NCBI GenBank assembly: GCA_963761695.1
Contig: CAVXIB010000015.1
Location: forward strand, 91,807 to 155,806
Origin: an uncultured Actinomycetota bacterium
Lineage (GTDB): Bacteria > Actinomycetota > Actinomycetes > Mycobacteriales > SCTD01
DNA: 64,000 nt
Direction of reading: 5' to 3'
The position numbers and the translations under genes are program-made. The notes beneath the pieces were generated by a model. It ran no database searches and was not told the origin of the DNA. It worked only from the letters and a program-made list of their open reading frames with translations. Below are positions 56,445 to 64,000 of this stretch, one piece after another. The first letter of the stretch is position 1. Each line of letters starts with the position of its first letter.

Positions 56445-56460
56445 TGTGACCTCGTGCACA
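56445..56460. promoter_or_regulatory. CRP/GlxR-type palindrome upstream of sdhCDAB
   Basis: TGTGACCTCGTGCACA matches TGTGA-N6-TCACA at 9 of 10 positions. It lies about 130 bp upstream of the sdhC start. Confidence 0.3.
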
Positions 56461-56477
56461 GGACCGCCGCCGCAGGC

Positions 56478-58116
<1,639 letters not shown>

Positions 58117-58225
58117 ACGGTTCCCCTACCCCCGACCCGCCCCGTTCCACCCGGCCAGCCGCCGCGCGGTCGGGCCCGCCGCCTAGCATCCGGTCGTCGC
58201 GTCGCCCCTGCGGAAGGCACCGCCC

Positions 58226-59803
<1,578 letters not shown>

Positions 59804-59842
59804 AGCGCACCCCGGGCCCGGCCACAGGCCCGGAAACGCCGG

Positions 59843-59873
59843 GAGGGCGGCACCCGGATCGGGTGCCGCCCTC
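59843..59873. terminator. bidirectional hairpin between the mutase gene and the convergent BNR gene
   Basis: Perfect 13-bp arms GAGGGCGGCACCC / GGGTGCCGCCCTC with a 5-nt loop. Confidence 0.55.
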
Positions 59874-59888
59874 TCGCGCGAGGTGCTG

Positions 59889-62808
59889 CTAGGGCAGGAC
59901 CAGGTGCTGCGCCCCGCGCCCGTAGGACGCCGCGAGCAGCTCCTTGGGGTTGCGGGGGCTGAGGTTGAGGCGGAACACCGGCGCGGCCGGCAGCCCCTTG
60001 CCCAGCAGCGTCCAGGTCCGGCTGCCCTTCTTGAGGAACGCCACGCCCAGCTCGTTGCCGACCACGAGCCCGCCGTTGAACGGGAACGCGTCGTTGGCCG
60101 AGACGTCGGGCAGGTTGTAGGAGATGTCGGTGAAGCTCTCCCCGGCGTCGGTGCTGCGGAAGACGTGCCCGGTGCCGATCTTGCTGACGTCGTCGCCGAG
60201 CGAGCCCGGCGGGATCCAGCGCCGGCCGTACCCGCCGAGCGTCACGTAGACCGTCTTCGGGTCGGCCGGGTCGATCCGCACCGAGTTGATGTAGCGCTTC
60301 GGCAGGCCGGCCGCCTTGGCGATGTGCCAGCCGTCGGGGCTGCCGGCCTTGCCGGCCTTGTCGCCGCCCACGTTGGTGGCGATGCCCGACGAGAACGGGA
60401 CGCCGCCGGTGACGATGTCGCAGTAGCCGCAGTAGCCGGCGTAGCTGGCGTCGCCCCGGGTGTCGAGGGCCGACGGCGAGTTGGCCGGGTCAGCGGTGCC
60501 GGTGGAGGCGCCGGCCACCCCCGGCTGGGTGCGGGTGCCGAGGTCGAACACCGGCTTCCAGTACTTCGAGGTGTCGTCGAGCACCTCGTCGAGGGGGGTG
60601 TCGGTGAACGGCGACAGCACGTCGGGTCCGACGAGGTCCTCGTACAGCGTGCGTCCGCCGGCGATCAGGTGCTGGGCGTTCGTGGCGTCCATCGTGAACG
60701 GCGCCGAGAACAGGGCCCCGGTGGTGTCGGGCGGCGCGATGCTCGACCAGCTCTTGCCGCCGTCGGTGGTGACGCTGATGGCGCCGTTGGTGTACTCCTC
60801 GTACCAGACCTGGCTGTTGGCCGGGTCGATGGCGACGAAGAAGCCGTCGCCGCCGTAGGCCTCGATCTGCTTGCCGGCCGGGGTGATGAGGGCCGAGCCG
60901 TTGTCCTGCAGGCCCATGACGGCGACGCCGTCCTTGGCCATCGCGAGGTCGTACGGCAGCAGGGTGGTGAAGCCGTTGTTGTTGCCCTTGCCCCACTTGT
61001 CGTTGTCGAGCTGCTCACCCGCGGCGAGGGTCTGCTTGTAGACGCCGCCGTCGTTGCCGGCGAGCAGGGTGACGCCGCCGGGCGCGCCCTTGGTGGGGGC
61101 CCACAGCCCGGCGTGCTGGTCGGGGTGGGTGGTGTCGCCCAGGGGGGCCGTCGGCTTGTTCGACAGCGGGCAGACCGGCAGCCCCGGTGTTCAGGCCGCC
61201 GCAGGCGTCCTCGGAGAAGTACCGGCCGACGACGCTGAAGCTGCTGCTGTTCGGGGTGCGCGGCAGGGCGCCGCTGCCCGCCCAGACCTCCTCGAGGCCG
61301 AAGGCCAGCCGGGTGGGCACGCCCGCCGAGTCCGCACTGACCGGATCCGGGGTGATCCACTCGTTGTACCAGGACTGGATGCCCGGGGCGTAGGTCGCGC
61401 CCTGGGCGCCCTGCAGCGCGCTGCCGCCGGTGGGCAGGGCGAGCTGGGTGGCGTCGGCCATCTTGGTCCAGGTGACGCCGAAGTCGCCCGAGCCGTAGAC
61501 GCCGGACAGCACGGTGTTGTTCGGGGCGCCGGCCGGGTTGGGCACGTCGAGCGTGGTGGCGCCGCCGTTGAACTTCTTCTGGTCCTGGACCAGGGCGTAG
61601 ACGTAGTCGTGGTCCTGGGCGCTGCCGAGGGCCGCGCCGAGCGCCACCCGCCCGACGACGTCGTCGGCGGCGAAGCCGGCCGGGTTGCTGCGGAAGGCGA
61701 AGCTGCCGGGGGCGCCGGTGGCCGAGCTGTAGAGGCCGTTGCGCGGCGACTGGGGCTTGCCGAGGGCGTTGGGCTTGAGTCCGGCGCGCCAGCCGACGGC
61801 GGCCAGCACCGCGCCGCCGCCCTTGCCGGCCGCGTCGCTCTGCTTGACCGCGACGTCGGTGACGATGTTGGCGAAGAAGCAGGTGGGCTGGCGGGTGTCG
61901 GTGCAGGTGGTCGGGAGCACCACGTTGGTGAAGCTCTTGCCCGCGTTCGCCGACCGGTAGAGGCCCTTGCTGGTCGCGGCGTAGACCACGTTCTGGTGGG
62001 CCTGGTCCTTGGCGAAGGAGAAGGTCAGCGTGCCGGCCGGGACGCCGGTGGACTTCACCCAGGTCTTCCCGCCGTCGGTGGTACGGAAGATGCCCTGACC
62101 GGAGTAGGACGTGCCGCCGAAGGCGGGGTCACCGGTACCGGCGAGCACCGTCTGGACGCCGGGGTTGATGAGGTAGTCGACGGCGCCGACGATCTGCGTG
62201 GGCAGGGTGTCACCGATCGAGCGCCAGGTGCCTCCGGCGTCGCCGGTCACCCACACCCCGCCGTTGGCGACCGCGGCGAACCAGTGACCGTTGACCCGGG
62301 GGTCGTAGGCGAGGTCCTCCACCCGGCCGGCGAGGTCGTTCAGGCCCAGGCCGTTGACCTCGTCGTAGCCGTCGACGTTGGCGTCGAGCGGGCCCTTGCC
62401 GAGCGGTGCCCAGCTGGCGACCGGGGCGGTCACGGCGAGCGCGCGGTGCGCGGCGGTGGCGGCCTCCAGCGCGCCGTCGGCGTAGGCGTAGCCGCCTCCG
62501 CTGCGGCGGGCGGCCAGCGCCGCGTTCATGGCCATGACCTCGGCGCCGGGCTCGGGGGTGCGGACCGACCGGCACTCGCCGGCGGGCTGGACGCTGCCGG
62601 TCAGGGCGGTGTCGGCGGCCTGCTGCAGGTCGTCGCCGAAGGCCGGGCCGGCCTCCCGCTCGAAGACGGTGCCGGTGGGGCAGTCCAGGCCGGTCGCGGC
62701 CGCGGCGGTCGGCGTCGCGGGGCCGGCGCCCTGGGAGGCGGAGCCGGCGGCAAAGGTCAGGGCTGCCGCGACCGCGAGGGCCAGGGGGAGCGTGGTGCGC
62801 TTGCGCAC
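59889..62808 (-). pseudogene. secreted BNR/Asp-box repeat beta-propeller protein (sialidase/GH74-like fold), one frameshift as sequenced
   Basis: The GTG at 62808 behind GGAGG gives VRKRTTLPLALAVAAALTFAAG, a signal peptide. There are multiple Asp-box-like motifs: TGDAGGTW, TTDGGKTW, SANAGKSF, SGDFGVTW, TTDGGKSW and STDAGESF. The N-terminal ORF 61015..62919 joins the frame of ORF 59889..60941 at a G4 run near 61188. Confidence 0.75.
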
Positions 62809-62975
62809 GGGACCTCCGGAGACAGGGGGAAGGGGCACCCGTCGACGACGGGACACCTCCAGTACGCCACGGCCGGCGGCAAGGTTCAGCCGAACCGGCC
62901 ACTGAGACGCGTCCCACACCCTCTCGTTGCACGGGTGTTGCAGGAATCGGCCGCCCCGGCGGCGAACCTGGCGGG

Positions 62976-64000
62976 GTGAGACCCCTTCGCGCTGCCCTGG
63001 CCGCCTCCCTCGCCCTCGTCGTCGTCGCGTCCGGCCTGGCGGCCGCGGCGCCGGCCACCGCCTCCACCTTCGACGTCACGGTGGTGCGGACCGAGTTCGG
63101 GATCCCGCACATCACGGCGCGCGACTACGCCTCGCTCGGCTACGGCTACGCGTACTCCTTCGCCGAGGACGACCTGTGCACGATGGCGGACGACTACGTC
63201 ACCGTCGACGGTGAGCGCAGCCGCTACTTCGGCGCCGAGGCCAGCTACCTGCAGCGCGGCAACGGCTACTCCTCGACCAACCTCGACAGCGACGTCTTCT
63301 GGAAGGGCGTCATCAGCAGCGGGGTCGTCGAGAAGCTGATCCGGACGCCGGCCCCGTTCGGCCCCAAGGCCGAGGTGAAGCAGCTGGCCAAGGGCTACGT
63401 CGCCGGCTGGAACCGCTACCTCAAGGACGTCGGGGGCAGCCGGGGCGTCCCCGACGCCCGCTGCCGCGGCAAGGCCTGGGTCAAGCCGATCAGCGAGATC
63501 ACCGCCTTCCGCCGGCTCTACCAGCTGGCGCTGCTGGCCTCCAGCGGCGTCCTGGTGAGCGGTATCGCCCAGGCGGCGCCGCCCCTGCCGGGCGCACCGG
63601 CCCCGGCGCCACTGGCCGTCGACACGACCGCCAAGAGCATCGCCGGCGGGTTCCACCTCGACATCGGCAGCAACGCGGTCGCGCTGGGCAAGGACGCCAC
63701 CCGGGGGGCCAACGCCGGCCACGGGATGCTGCTGGGCAACCCGCACTTCCCCTGGTACGGCACCGAGCGCTTCTACCAGTCGCACCTCACCATCCCGGGC
63801 AAGCTCGACGTCGCCGGCGGATCGCTGTTCGGCGCGCCCCTGGTGCTCATCGGCCACACCAAGAACCTCGCCTGGTCGCACACCGTGTCGACCGCGCGCC
63901 GCTTCACGCCCTACCAGCTCGCGCTCGTCCCGGGTGACCCGACGTCGTACCTGCTCGACGGCGTCCCGACCAGGATGACCTCGCGCACGGTCACCGTGCA
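62976..64000 (+). CDS. penicillin/AHL-acylase-family Ntn hydrolase (5' part; continues past the window end)
   Basis: Absent from the ORF track because it has no stop in the window. The GTG at 62976 gives VRPLRAALAASLALVVVASGLAAAAPATA, a signal peptide. This is followed by VVRTEFGIPHITA.DYASLGYGYAYSFAEDDLC and the predicted autoprocessing site IG|SNAVALG, then GMLLGNPHFPW. Confidence 0.85.
   Translation, partial: MRPLRAALAASLALVVVASGLAAAAPATASTFDVTVVRTEFGIPHITARDYASLGYGYAYSFAEDDLCTMADDYVTVDGERSRYFGAEASYLQRGNGYSSTNLDSDVFWKGVISSGVVEKLIRTPAPFGPKAEVKQLAKGYVAGWNRYLKDVGGSRGVPDARCRGKAWVKPISEITAFRRLYQLALLASSGVLVSGIAQAAPPLPGAPAPAPLAVDTTAKSIAGGFHLDIGSNAVALGKDATRGANAGHGMLLGNPHFPWYGTERFYQSHLTIPGKLDVAGGSLFGAPLVLIGHTKNLAWSHTVSTARRFTPYQLALVPGDPTSYLLDGVPTRMTSRTVTV

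Overview
Very GC-rich (about 73-75% by eye) actinobacterial chromosome segment. It is mostly conserved core metabolism and housekeeping, not an obvious accessory island.

Genes recognised by direct reading of the translations:
- Central metabolism: sucCD, mdh, monomeric icd, sdhCDAB.
- Purine and folate: purN, purH, folD.
- Transport: a livFGHM-type ABC importer with its binding protein.
- Other housekeeping: trpS, pcrA, ogt.
- A split B12-dependent acyl-CoA mutase, with subunits about 42 kb apart.
- Signalling: an ECF sigma factor with a partner protein, a PerM-like membrane protein, a GGDEF-EAL protein, one bona fide Ser/Thr kinase and one pseudokinase.
- Secreted enzymes: an LPXTG-anchored CocE/NonD hydrolase, a BNR-repeat protein, a penicillin-acylase-family protein, an M23 peptidase and a D-Ala-D-Ala carboxypeptidase.

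I found no rRNA, tRNA, CRISPR array, transposase or integrase.

Observations most worth a second look:
1. An ~858-aa protein (47.8-50.4 kb) built almost entirely of nested tandem repeats, with no family I can name.
2. About 30 reading-frame breaks, of which about 25 are packed into 5.2-15.0 kb. At least 8 hit the normally essential pcrA, while a DUF222-HNH gene inside that zone is intact.
3. A 35-bp tandem duplication of the folD 3' end.
4. An FHA-LuxR / DUF3017 / pseudokinase-Ig neighbourhood.
5. CRP/GlxR-type palindromes upstream of the sdh and liv operons.
6. A G-quadruplex-capable tract next to a strong bidirectional terminator.

I did not find a clearly delimited new multi-gene system such as a defence island. 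The repeat protein and the pseudokinase module are the best candidates for undescribed biology.

All functional calls come from motif and family recognition by eye. No database search was run.
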